Shown: one piece after another, positions 9,178 through 18,031 of the stretch
Numbering within the stretch: position 1 is the first letter of the stretch
Layout of the letters: each line of letters starts with the position of its first letter
From: Deltaproteobacteria bacterium GWB2_55_19
GTDB taxonomy: Bacteria > Desulfobacterota > GWC2-55-46
Direction: 5' to 3'
Length of the DNA: 64,000 nucleotides
Assembly (NCBI GenBank): GCA_001797465.1
Contig: MGPQ01000009.1
Location: 65,009-129,008, forward strand
Notes under the pieces: model-generated
What the model saw: the letters and a program-made list of their open reading frames with translations, nothing else
Told to the model about the DNA's origin: nothing
The model's database searches: none
Position numbers and translations under genes: made by a program

Positions 9178-9253
9178 TGGTGAGCCGCCCGGGACTCGAA
9201 CCCGGGGCCACCTGCTTAAAAGGCAGATGCTCTACCATCTGAGCTAGCGGCTC
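9178..9253 (-). tRNA. tRNA-Lys (anticodon TTT) with encoded CCA.
   Basis: The reverse complement GAGCCGCTAGCTCAGATGGTAGAGCATCTGCCTTTTAAGCAGGTGGCCCCGGGTTCGAGTCCCGGGCGGCTCACCA folds as a cloverleaf. The anticodon loop is CTTTTAA. Confidence 0.9.
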
Positions 9254-9402
9254 AAAACCTCGTACCAACAATAACCTAAAATTATTATCACAAAAGGGGC
9301 GTGCCTGTCAAACTCAAAAGACGCCGCAAAAAAACACCCTTCCCTGTTGCGCCCGCACTGCGTAATTATATCGGAAAAACCGGCGGGCCAAATCCCCGCC
9401 CC

Positions 9403-9786
9403 CTACTTCAAGGCCCTCCTGAGGAAGTCCTTGACCTCGAGGAAGAGCTCCCTCGCCTGGTAGAGCTTGAGCTGGGACTCGTTCTCCGCATACTCTATCC
9501 CGGCGTTCAGGCCAAAGGCCTTCCACTCCGTCTTGAGCCTCTCGATGTAAGGGTCGAGCTTGTGGCTGAACCTCTCAAGCATCACAGCAAAGGACTGGTA
9601 CGTATCCTTCGGGATCTCCACCCCGCTCGCCAGAAATGCCGCCAGGGCCGCATGGTAGGCCGCGTAACAGGACGAGGTCGCCGACTGGGTATAGAGCCCC
9701 CTTGACTGGAGGAGATCGGCGGCCTGAAGGAACTCCTCCGACTTCTTCATCTCCACCCTTACCTTGTCCCTTCTCCTTAAGTCCAA
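9403..9786 (-). CDS. HEPN-domain protein (PF05168-like) with no adjacent nucleotidyltransferase partner.
   Basis: The motif ...EEFLQAADLLQSRGLY..A...CYAAYHAALAAFLA.G... matches the HEPN helical core. The likely start is the internal MKKSEEF. Confidence 0.5.
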   Translation of the reverse strand: MDLRRRDKVRVEMKKSEEFLQAADLLQSRGLYTQSATSSCYAAYHAALAAFLASGVEIPKDTYQSFAVMLERFSHKLDPYIERLKTEWKAFGLNAGIEYAENESQLKLYQARELFLEVKDFLRRALK

Positions 9787-10137
9787 AAGCGCTCCTTGTG
9801 AAGCCCGGCGTACATGGGCAAGCCGCCCTATGCCGGTCTATATTTACGAGAGTATAAGTTCCCGCGGTTAAAAAATCAAGACTGTCATGCGTCAACCTCG
9901 GAATGGACTGCCCCGTGGCTAAGGCTACTGGCATCACCTTATACCTCCCCTGGTCCGATAGTCGGGAGGGGAGACGATTTAAGCGGTTTATCCGCCTTTA
10001 TGACACACTCCCGGATTTGCGGCCCTTTAATAGATTTATCGGCGTTTGACCACAGGCCTTTAATCGCGGATTCGGCGAACAAGCTGAAAATCCGAAATAA
10101 ATTGTCCTCAGGGCCGTAGATATAGTATCATTTCGCC

Positions 10138-11310
10138 ATGCCGAGGCTCATAAACTCGTACATATTCAGGGAAATCTCCGTCCCGTTCCTTTTAAGCCTC
10201 GCGATACTGACGGCCACGGGCCTCTTGAGCAGGATAATGAAGCTCGTGGAGCTCGCGGTCACACACGGCATCGGCGCCCCGTTCGTCTTCTGGTTCATCG
10301 TCTCGGTCGTGCCGTCGTTCATCATATACACGATACCGGTCTCGTTCCTCATAGGCGTGCTCGTCGCCTTCACGAGGCTCTCATCCGACTCCGAGATAAC
10401 CGCGATGAAGGCCTCTGGCTTAAGCCTCTTCTCGCTCATGAGGCCGGTAATCGCGCTAGCCATCATTGCGTACTTCCTCACGCTCGCCTTTACCGTCTAC
10501 TTCTTCCCGTGGGGGAACATAAACCTCAAGAACCTCCTATTCGAGGCGGCAAAGACGAGGCTCGTCTCAGGCATCGAGGAGAAGACCTTCTATGACAAGT
10601 TCAGAGGGGTAGTCCTCTACGTGGACCGCCTCTCGACAAAGACCGGAGAGATGGAGGGCATCTTCATATCCGAAGCGGGCGCCGGTGGGGACGCGAACCT
10701 CTTTTTCGCGGAGCGGGGCGTGTTCTCGCCCTCAGGCGAGGAGTTCTCGGTCTTCCTTAAGCTCAACGACGGGACGATCCACAGGAAGACCGGCGACGAC
10801 GGCGCCTATCACATAGTGCGGTTCGAGGACTACCTCGTCACCTTGAGCGCCGCCTCGGCCCCGGCTACGACCCTTGAGAGGAGGACGAACCGCGAACTTT
10901 ACATGGGCGAGCTCATGGCGAGGGTCGATGACGCACGGGCCAAAGGGATAAACACCGCGCCTTTCGTCATTGACCTCCACAAGAGGTTCGCCCTTCCGGC
11001 CTCGGTCTTCGTATTCGCGCTCCTCGGCGTGCCCTTGGGGATACAGAGGATACGGGCCGCGCGGTTCGCGGGTTTTTCCATCGCGCTCGCGGTCGTGCTC
11101 GCGTATTACGTGGCTTCGACCGCGCTCGAAGCCCTGGGCGAGAACGGCGGCCTTAACCCCATCGTCGCGGTCTGGGGCTCGAACATCATATTCACGATAG
11201 CCGGAGTATACTTCTTCAGGCTCGCCGCGCGGGACGCTTCGCCCTCAACCCAGTTATTTTCGGCGCTTGAGGCGCTCATCCCCCGGAGGAACAATAAAAA
11301 GGCGCAATGA
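10138..11310 (+). CDS. lptF: LPS export ABC transporter permease LptF (YjgP/YjgQ family).
   Basis: Begins MPRLINSYIFREI... Three N-terminal TM helices, a periplasmic beta-jellyroll and three C-terminal TM helices. Paired with lptG. Confidence 0.85.
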   Translation: MPRLINSYIFREISVPFLLSLAILTATGLLSRIMKLVELAVTHGIGAPFVFWFIVSVVPSFIIYTIPVSFLIGVLVAFTRLSSDSEITAMKASGLSLFSLMRPVIALAIIAYFLTLAFTVYFFPWGNINLKNLLFEAAKTRLVSGIEEKTFYDKFRGVVLYVDRLSTKTGEMEGIFISEAGAGGDANLFFAERGVFSPSGEEFSVFLKLNDGTIHRKTGDDGAYHIVRFEDYLVTLSAASAPATTLERRTNRELYMGELMARVDDARAKGINTAPFVIDLHKRFALPASVFVFALLGVPLGIQRIRAARFAGFSIALAVVLAYYVASTALEALGENGGLNPIVAVWGSNIIFTIAGVYFFRLAARDASPSTQLFSALEALIPRRNNKKAQ

Positions 11311-12377
11311 GGCTCATTCAACGGTACATACTCTCGGAGTTCCTCAAACTCCTTGCGATAGCGCTCGGCGCGTTCATCGCGCTATTCATGATGGTCGATC
11401 TCTTCGAGAACATCGACCTGCTCATGAAGCACAGCGTCCCGCTCTCTCATTCCGTCAGGTTCTTCGCCTGGAAGCTCCCGTTCATCCTGGGGCAGGTCTT
11501 TCCGATAGCCGTGCTTGTCGCGTCGCTCGTCTCTTTGGGGCTACTCTCCAAACACGGAGAGATAACCGCGATAAAGGCTGGCGGCGTAAGACTGCTCCGC
11601 GCGGTCACGCCTCTGCTCCTCGCCGGGCTCGCCATTAGCGTCCTCGTCATTCTCATGAACGAGTACGTGACCCCGGTTGCGCTCAAAAAGACAGACTCCT
11701 TCCGCCAGCAGTGGTTCGGGGTGCAGGGCGGCTCCTTCGGCAAGGAGGGCGTCTGGGTGAGGACTGGAAGGGGTATATTCAACGTAAGACAGGTCGACCT
11801 CGGCAGGGACAGGCTCTACGGGCTCACGCTCTACGAGATCGAAAAACCCTTTGCCGTGAAGGAGCGCATCTACTCAAGGAGTGTAGTCTGGAAAGGCGAC
11901 AAATGGGTGGCGGACGAGGCCATCGTCTGGAGGTTCAAAGACGGAGAGGTCAAGCGCGAGGAGGCGCTCTCGCTTGAGATAAACGAGTTCATAAGGCCCG
12001 AAGACCTGCCGAACGTCGAGAACCTGCAGAAGAACATGTCTCTCAACGAGCTCCGCGGCTATGTGCGCTCGCTCGATGCCGACGGGTACGATTCGTCCAA
12101 ATACCGGATAGACCTATACGGCAAGATAGCCTTTCCGCTTGTGAACTTCGTCATGCTCCTCATGGGCATACCGTTCGCCCTGAAGACCGGCAGGCACAGC
12201 GGCATCGCGACCGGCGTGGGCTTAAGCGTAGTCATCGCGTTCAGCTACTGGATAGTCTACGCCGTAACGCGCTCTTTGGGCTTGAACGCCCTCATACCGC
12301 CGCTCGTAGCCGCGGCCTTCCCGGACGTCCTCTTCTTCGCCATTGGGGCGCTCATGTTCGGGTACGTGAGGGAGTAA
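11307..12377 (+). CDS. lptG: LPS export ABC transporter permease LptG.
   Basis: Begins MRLIQRYILSEFLK... YjgP/YjgQ family. Overlaps lptF by 4 nt. Confidence 0.85.
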   Translation: MRLIQRYILSEFLKLLAIALGAFIALFMMVDLFENIDLLMKHSVPLSHSVRFFAWKLPFILGQVFPIAVLVASLVSLGLLSKHGEITAIKAGGVRLLRAVTPLLLAGLAISVLVILMNEYVTPVALKKTDSFRQQWFGVQGGSFGKEGVWVRTGRGIFNVRQVDLGRDRLYGLTLYEIEKPFAVKERIYSRSVVWKGDKWVADEAIVWRFKDGEVKREEALSLEINEFIRPEDLPNVENLQKNMSLNELRGYVRSLDADGYDSSKYRIDLYGKIAFPLVNFVMLLMGIPFALKTGRHSGIATGVGLSVVIAFSYWIVYAVTRSLGLNALIPPLVAAAFPDVLFFAIGALMFGYVRE

Positions 12378-12380
12378 ACA

Positions 12381-14075
12381 TCACTCGGCCTGTTTCAACA
12401 CCCGCGCGGCCTCGAACTCCCTCTCTGCCTCATCGGCCCATCCCTTTCTTTCGTATATGAGGGCGAGCTCGTAATGGGAGTTCGCCCTATCCGGCTCAAA
12501 CCTCAGCGCCTCCTCGAATTCCCTCTCTGCCTCATCGATCATGCCGAGCTTCAAATATGAGAGGGCGAGGTTGTGGCGCGTCCCTGCCTTATCCGGCCTT
12601 TGCTCAAGAGAAGCCCGGTAGGCCATGACCGCGTCCCCGTAAAGCCCTCCGGCGAAGTAAGCGGCCCCGAGGTTATGGAGCGCGACCGCGTCCGGGCTGA
12701 ATGAGACGGCCTTCTCGAACTCCGGTATCGCCTCGCTTACGAGCCCCCTCCGAAGATACACGTCCCCGAGGCTCGCGTGCGTCCGGGCCTTCAACGGGCT
12801 CTTTGCTATCGCGTCCTTCCAGAGGGCCGCGTCGTCCCTCCAGACCTCGTTCCTCACATATGCCGCCGCGCCGAGCGGCAAGGCGACGAGGACGGCGAGG
12901 ACGACGGCGAAGGCGGCATTTGACCAGCCCTTCAACAACCTCTCTTTCAAAAAGAAAGCGAAGGCGCTGAACGCGGCGAACGCGCCGATAGACGGCAGAT
13001 AGAGCCTGTGCTCGAATATCACGTCCTGTATGGGTATGACGGACGATTCTACTGAAAGCGTTATGAAGAACCAGAAGACCCCGGCAGAGACGAGCGTAAG
13101 ATGCGCGTCGCTCCTCTTTCTCGATATCACGAAAAGACAGACCGCGGCCACGAGGAGCGAAAGCAGGAACAGAAAAGAGGCGAGGACGCCTGGGGCGAGG
13201 ATGGAATTATAAACCGGGTAGCTGTAGTCTATGTTTTGCCCCATCGGCAGGACAAGGAGCCTTAGGTACGTCACGATGACCCGGAGCTCCGTTACGAAGT
13301 ACGAATAAGGGGAGAGACCCGTCATCTCTGAAAACTGCTTCCGCATGATGTTGGAGCTTACCCCCGCGCCTTCACCTGACGCCGCGCTCAATACCATAAA
13401 TGGGATGATGAGCATTACGAAGAGGAACGGGATGACCCGGAAGAGCCTCTTTTTATAAGGCCCGTCATAGAAGGCCGTCTCATAGAAAAGGATTATCGCC
13501 GGGAGCGTAAAGGCTATCTCCTTTGTGAACTGCGCGCATACGGCAAATACAAAAGAGAGCGCGTAAATAAGCGCGCCGTTCTTATCACGCGCGCGCCACG
13601 CGATATAAGAGGCGAGCGAGAGGAGATAAAAGAGGGCCGCGAGCGACGCGAACCTCTGGGTTACGTATGTGACGGCCTGCGTCTGTAAGGGGTGGACGGC
13701 AAATATGACGGATGAAATAAAAGCTACCCCGAACGCCGCCCCGGCGGACTGAAGCGCGCCCTTCATCCAGGGCGTCGCGAAGGTCCTGGATACGATAAAA
13801 AAGACGAGTACGGCGTTGGCCGCGTGGATAGCGGTATTCAAGAGGTGATAGCCGAAGACGTCGAGCCCGCCAATTCTAAAGTTGAGCGCAAAAGAAATGT
13901 AGGATAACCAGCGGGTGCCCGTCGGGGGCCAGAGGTTTGAAAGGGCGCGTATCTCGGGGTTTCCGATTATGTACATGCCGTCGTCAAAGACGAACGGCAC
14001 GTCAAAGGTATTCGAATATACAATGAAGGCGAGGAGAGCTGTCAATGGGTAGGCTATGTAATAAAGACGGCGCAT
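12381..14075 (-). CDS. Multi-TM GT-C/TMTC-like (DUF1736-type) domain fused to C-terminal TPR repeats, paralogue 1.
   Basis: The N-terminal signature YSNTFDVPFVFDDGMYI matches the F-x-F-DD loop of PMT/TMTC GT-C glycosyltransferases. About ten TM helices are followed by three or four TPRs. Confidence 0.65.
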   Translation of the reverse strand: MRRLYYIAYPLTALLAFIVYSNTFDVPFVFDDGMYIIGNPEIRALSNLWPPTGTRWLSYISFALNFRIGGLDVFGYHLLNTAIHAANAVLVFFIVSRTFATPWMKGALQSAGAAFGVAFISSVIFAVHPLQTQAVTYVTQRFASLAALFYLLSLASYIAWRARDKNGALIYALSFVFAVCAQFTKEIAFTLPAIILFYETAFYDGPYKKRLFRVIPFLFVMLIIPFMVLSAASGEGAGVSSNIMRKQFSEMTGLSPYSYFVTELRVIVTYLRLLVLPMGQNIDYSYPVYNSILAPGVLASFLFLLSLLVAAVCLFVISRKRSDAHLTLVSAGVFWFFITLSVESSVIPIQDVIFEHRLYLPSIGAFAAFSAFAFFLKERLLKGWSNAAFAVVLAVLVALPLGAAAYVRNEVWRDDAALWKDAIAKSPLKARTHASLGDVYLRRGLVSEAIPEFEKAVSFSPDAVALHNLGAAYFAGGLYGDAVMAYRASLEQRPDKAGTRHNLALSYLKLGMIDEAEREFEEALRFEPDRANSHYELALIYERKGWADEAEREFEAARVLKQAE

Positions 14076-14189
14076 ACCATCCTGAGAGGGGGTTGAATAA
14101 ACAACACCGGGAGCTTATCACATATCTTCCCCCCTTTCTAAAGGGGGACTGAGGGGGATTATAAAGGGCTGAAAAATAATCTCCCCAAA

Positions 14190-14210
14190 CCCCTCTTTAG
14201 AAAAGAGGGG
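14190..14210. repeat. Palindromic element CCCCTCTTTAGAAAAGAGGGG, copy 1. A second degenerate palindrome lies at 14128..14147.
   Basis: An 8-bp stem with a 5-nt loop. The same 21-mer recurs at 33473..33493 and, inverted, at 39197..39218. Confidence 0.7.
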
Positions 14211-14229
14211 TTCTGCATGGTCCTATTCG

Positions 14230-15984
14230 TCACCTGCCTACCTCTTCTATCCCCTGGTACGCCTCCTGGAAACCGGGGTTGATGGATATGACGGCCTCGA
14301 ACTCCCGCTTCGCGTCACTGAGCCTGCCCATGGACTGGTAGGCGAGCGCGAGATTGTAACGGGCCCTCCATTTGTCCGGCTGAAAAGTGACGGTCTTTTC
14401 AAGCTCCGAGACAGCCTCATCCATCCTCCCCAAAGCCCGCAAGGTAGAGGCGAGGTTGTAGTGGGCGTCGGCGAAGTCGGGTTTAAGCCCTATCGCGGTC
14501 TTGAGTTCGGCTTCCGCCTCCTCGTACCTTCCAACCTTGTAATAGGCGGAGCCGAGGTTGAAGAAGGTCTTTACATCGGGCTTCAGGCCGCGCGCCTTCT
14601 CGAACTCCTCTATCGCCTCTCCGTATCTCCCCATCCTGAAGTATACGTCCCCGAGGTTGTTGTGAGGGCGCGTCTTTCCGGGGCTCTTCCGGGCGACGTC
14701 GGTCCAGAGCGTGAATTCGTCCTGCCAGACGAGGTTCCTCCTGTACGCCGCCGCGCCGTAGGGGATGGCCAGAATGATTGCTACCACAATTGCAAAGACT
14801 GTGGCCGACGCCTTCACGAGCGAGCGTTTTTTAAGATACTCGAACAAACATATCATGAAGGCCCCGAAGGAGACGAAGAGGCCGATGGACGGAAGATAGA
14901 GCCTGTGCTCGAATATCACGTCCTGTATGGGGATGACCGAAGACTCAATCGATAGCGTTATGAAAAACCAGAAGACCCCGGCGGCTGAGAGCGCCGCAAG
15001 GGGCGCCCTCCCCATTCTTGTCCTCGCGTACGCGACTACCGCTACCGCGGCGAAGCATAAGAGGAAGAAGAGCGAGAGGAGCGGACCTGGCTCAAGGACG
15101 GAGGTGAACTTAGGGTAATCGTAATCGAGGTTTTGCCCCACCGGTAGAATAACGAGCCTTAAGTATGTCACGACCACGCGGAACTGCGTGGAGAGGTACT
15201 GGTACGGCGAAAGGTCTGAAAGCTCCTGGATCTGTTTCTCCCTTATGAGCTCGCTTACCCCGTGGTCCGGCCCAGCGTACACGAGGAGCGTAAACGGGAT
15301 AATGAGCATCGTGAGCATGAACGGCGCAGTCGAGACCGCCCTTTTTCTGAAGCCGCCGCCGAAAAACGCCGCCTCGTAAAGAACGATAACCGTTGGGAGC
15401 GTGAAGGCTATCTCCTTTGTCATCTGCGCGGCTATGGCCGAGGCGAACGCGAGAGCGTATTTTACATAACCCTTTCTTCCCCCCTCCGCGCCGATTCTAT
15501 GACTTGCATAGAGGACAAGAGAGAGGAGAAAAAAGAGCGTGGCAAGGGAGGCGAACCTCTGTGTCGTGTATGTGACGGCTTGGGTCTGCACGGGGTGTAT
15601 TGCGAAGAGGACTGACGCAATAAGCGCGGCCCCGAAGGCCGCGGACTCCTTGTCGTTCAGCCCGGATAGCTCCATAAACGGCGTCTTGAACGTGAGCGAG
15701 ACGAGCCTGAAGACGAGCATGGAGTTTACGATGTGTATGAGGATGTTTACCGCGTGATAGCCTCTTGGGTCGAGGCCGCCCATGCTGTAACTGAGGGCGA
15801 ATGAGAGGTACCCGAAGTACCTTGTCCCGACAGGTGGCCAGAACCCGGAGAAGTCCCGGATGCCGGCGTTCCCTGCTATGTACATCCCGTCATCGAAGAC
15901 AAAGGGATAGGGCAGTATCGACGAATATACAACGGCTGAGAGTATCGCGAGCGTAGCGTATGCGAGCGCGTTTTTCATCCTCAC
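14230..15984 (-). CDS. Multi-TM GT-C/TMTC-like domain with C-terminal TPR repeats, paralogue 2.
   Basis: Begins ...SSILPYPFVFDDGMYIAGN... and shares the motif VIPIQDVIFEHRLYLPSIG with paralogues 1 and 3. Confidence 0.65.
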   Translation of the reverse strand: MRMKNALAYATLAILSAVVYSSILPYPFVFDDGMYIAGNAGIRDFSGFWPPVGTRYFGYLSFALSYSMGGLDPRGYHAVNILIHIVNSMLVFRLVSLTFKTPFMELSGLNDKESAAFGAALIASVLFAIHPVQTQAVTYTTQRFASLATLFFLLSLVLYASHRIGAEGGRKGYVKYALAFASAIAAQMTKEIAFTLPTVIVLYEAAFFGGGFRKRAVSTAPFMLTMLIIPFTLLVYAGPDHGVSELIREKQIQELSDLSPYQYLSTQFRVVVTYLRLVILPVGQNLDYDYPKFTSVLEPGPLLSLFFLLCFAAVAVVAYARTRMGRAPLAALSAAGVFWFFITLSIESSVIPIQDVIFEHRLYLPSIGLFVSFGAFMICLFEYLKKRSLVKASATVFAIVVAIILAIPYGAAAYRRNLVWQDEFTLWTDVARKSPGKTRPHNNLGDVYFRMGRYGEAIEEFEKARGLKPDVKTFFNLGSAYYKVGRYEEAEAELKTAIGLKPDFADAHYNLASTLRALGRMDEAVSELEKTVTFQPDKWRARYNLALAYQSMGRLSDAKREFEAVISINPGFQEAYQGIEEVGR

Positions 15985-17783
15985 GAAGGCGGCCCCCCTC
16001 CCCGCTTCAATTCAATGTAGCGGAGGTTCTCGTACGCGTCCTCGAAGCCTGGGTTTATGGATAGCGCGGTTTCGAACTCAGCAACGGCCTCGTCGTATCT
16101 GCCGAGGTACTTGTACGCGAGCCCGAGGAGGTTATGCGCCCTGTAATTGCCGGGTTCGAGCCTGATCGTCGCGCTGAACTCACCCACGGCATCTTCAATC
16201 CTCCCCTTGCTCAGATACGCGAGCCCGAGGTTGTTGTGGGCGTTCGCCTTCGCCGGCTGGAATGTGACAGCCGCCTCGAACTCTAATATCGCGTCGTCCA
16301 TGCGCCCTATGTCCTTGTACGCGACCCCGAGGTTGTAGTGGGCGTCGGCAAAGTTGGGCTTCAACTCTATGGCACGCTTGAACTCGTCCATCGCGCGCGC
16401 GAGATCACCCTTCCTGTAATAAACCGAGCCGAGGTTGTTGTGCACGCGGGCCTTCATCGGGCTCTTTACGACCGCGTCCTCCCAGAAGACCACCTCGTCG
16501 GCCCAGACAGTGTTACGCATGTATGTAGCGACGGACAAAGGGACTGAGACGGCCGCGGCTATCATAAGGGCGAGTGCCGCCGCTGAGGCCACCGATCTAT
16601 TTCCGGGCACGAAACGCGCGCCGTATAGAAGCGCGGACCCGAAGGCGAGCGCCGCGCCGGGCATGGCGAGGTACAGCCTGTGCTCGAATATGAGGTCGTT
16701 AATTGGGATTATCGAGGACTCTATCGACAGCGTTATGAAGAACCAGAATACGCCTGCTGAAAAAAGAAGCCCGAGCGCGCAGTTGACCCTCCTCGATTTT
16801 ACGAATATCCATACCGATAAGATGACTATGGACAGAAGGAACAGGAAAGATAATAGCGGCTCCGGCGAGAATATCGAGGTAAAGAGCGGGTAGTCGTAGT
16901 CGAGCGTCTGGTTTACCGGAAAAACGATAAGCCGGAGGTAGGTGACGATGACCCTGAACTGGGTAACGAGGTAGTCGTGGCGCGAAAGCGCGGTCAAATC
17001 CCTTATCTGCAGCTCCCTCGTCCTCTCGCCAATGTCAGAGCCGCCCCCGCCGAGCCCGGCCTCGGGGCCGAGGATGGCAAGAGGGATGATAATGAGCGTG
17101 AGTATTAACGGTATGAGCGCGGGTATCCTTTTTTTGTCCCATCCGAAAAAGACGCCCTCGTAGAGGACTATCATTACGGGGAGCGTAAAGCTTATCTCTT
17201 TGGTGTTCTGCGCGGCTATGGCCGACGCGAGCGCGACGATATAAAGGAAGACCTTGAAGGCCTTTGGCCCTGACGAGAGCCTCCACCTTATATATGAGAC
17301 GAGCGAGAGGAGATAGAAGAGGGTCGCGAGTGACGCGAACCTCTGCGCCATGTAAGTAACCGCCTGCGTCTGTACAGGGTGCACAATAAAGAGGACCGAT
17401 ACGATAAGCGCGAGGACGAACGCTACTCTTTCCTTGTCTTCGACCTGCGCCCTTTCCATCCACGGGGTCCTGAAGGTTGCAGTCACAAGCGCGTAGACGA
17501 GGAGGCCGTTCACGATGTGTATCATCACATTAACAAGGTGGAAGCCGAAGGTGTCGAGCCCGTTGATTCTAAAGTTCAGCGCGAACGAGAGATACCCGAG
17601 ATACCTCGGCCCCGAAGGCGGCCAGAAGTTCCCGAGGTTTTTTATGAGCGGGTTCTTCGAGATGTACATCCCGTCGTCGAATATGAACGGGCCGTGAAAT
17701 GCGCTTGAATAGATGACGACGGCGAGGACACTGAGCGCGATGAAGACTATGAGGGGACGGAGTTTCATAAAATTTATGGGCAA
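15981..17783 (-). CDS. Multi-TM GT-C/TMTC-like domain with C-terminal TPR repeats, paralogue 3.
   Basis: Begins ...SAFHGPFIFDDGMYISKN... The C-terminus has five or more TPRs. Overlaps paralogue 2 by 4 nt. Confidence 0.65.
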   Translation of the reverse strand: MPINFMKLRPLIVFIALSVLAVVIYSSAFHGPFIFDDGMYISKNPLIKNLGNFWPPSGPRYLGYLSFALNFRINGLDTFGFHLVNVMIHIVNGLLVYALVTATFRTPWMERAQVEDKERVAFVLALIVSVLFIVHPVQTQAVTYMAQRFASLATLFYLLSLVSYIRWRLSSGPKAFKVFLYIVALASAIAAQNTKEISFTLPVMIVLYEGVFFGWDKKRIPALIPLILTLIIIPLAILGPEAGLGGGGSDIGERTRELQIRDLTALSRHDYLVTQFRVIVTYLRLIVFPVNQTLDYDYPLFTSIFSPEPLLSFLFLLSIVILSVWIFVKSRRVNCALGLLFSAGVFWFFITLSIESSIIPINDLIFEHRLYLAMPGAALAFGSALLYGARFVPGNRSVASAAALALMIAAAVSVPLSVATYMRNTVWADEVVFWEDAVVKSPMKARVHNNLGSVYYRKGDLARAMDEFKRAIELKPNFADAHYNLGVAYKDIGRMDDAILEFEAAVTFQPAKANAHNNLGLAYLSKGRIEDAVGEFSATIRLEPGNYRAHNLLGLAYKYLGRYDEAVAEFETALSINPGFEDAYENLRYIELKRGGGPPS

Positions 17784-17846
17784 ATATCCGAGGGACTGTT
17801 TATAGGAAGATTCCTCAGATTCTCCTCCAAAGCTTTCTGTACTTCC

Positions 17847-17885
17847 AGCAAGGCCCCCGGGGCTTTTAGGGGGCCTTGCTGGAAC
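17847..17885. terminator. Strong 13-bp-stem hairpin downstream of aspS on the minus strand; possible terminator.
   Basis: ccagcaaggcccc-cggggcttttagg-gggccttgctgg. The flanking T-run is weak. Confidence 0.35.
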
Positions 17886-18031
17886 TGAAAATTTTTGAAG
17901 GGGGGTCTCAGGGGGTCCTCGCCGGACGGGCGAAACCGGATCGATCGGCTATGATTCAAATCGCCTCAAAGACTCCGATTGATAATGGCGGTGCGCCGAG
18001 CACCTTTTTATAAAAAGTTTCCCCCCGGAGA

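Noticed and set aside
13030-16893. Plus-strand ORFs sharing the peptide ...SVMKNQKTPAE... in all three TMTC-like paralogues.
   Set aside because: They lie antisense to the conserved FEHRLYLPSIG coding block of the minus-strand genes. Their conservation is a mirror of that block and does not indicate an overlapping gene.
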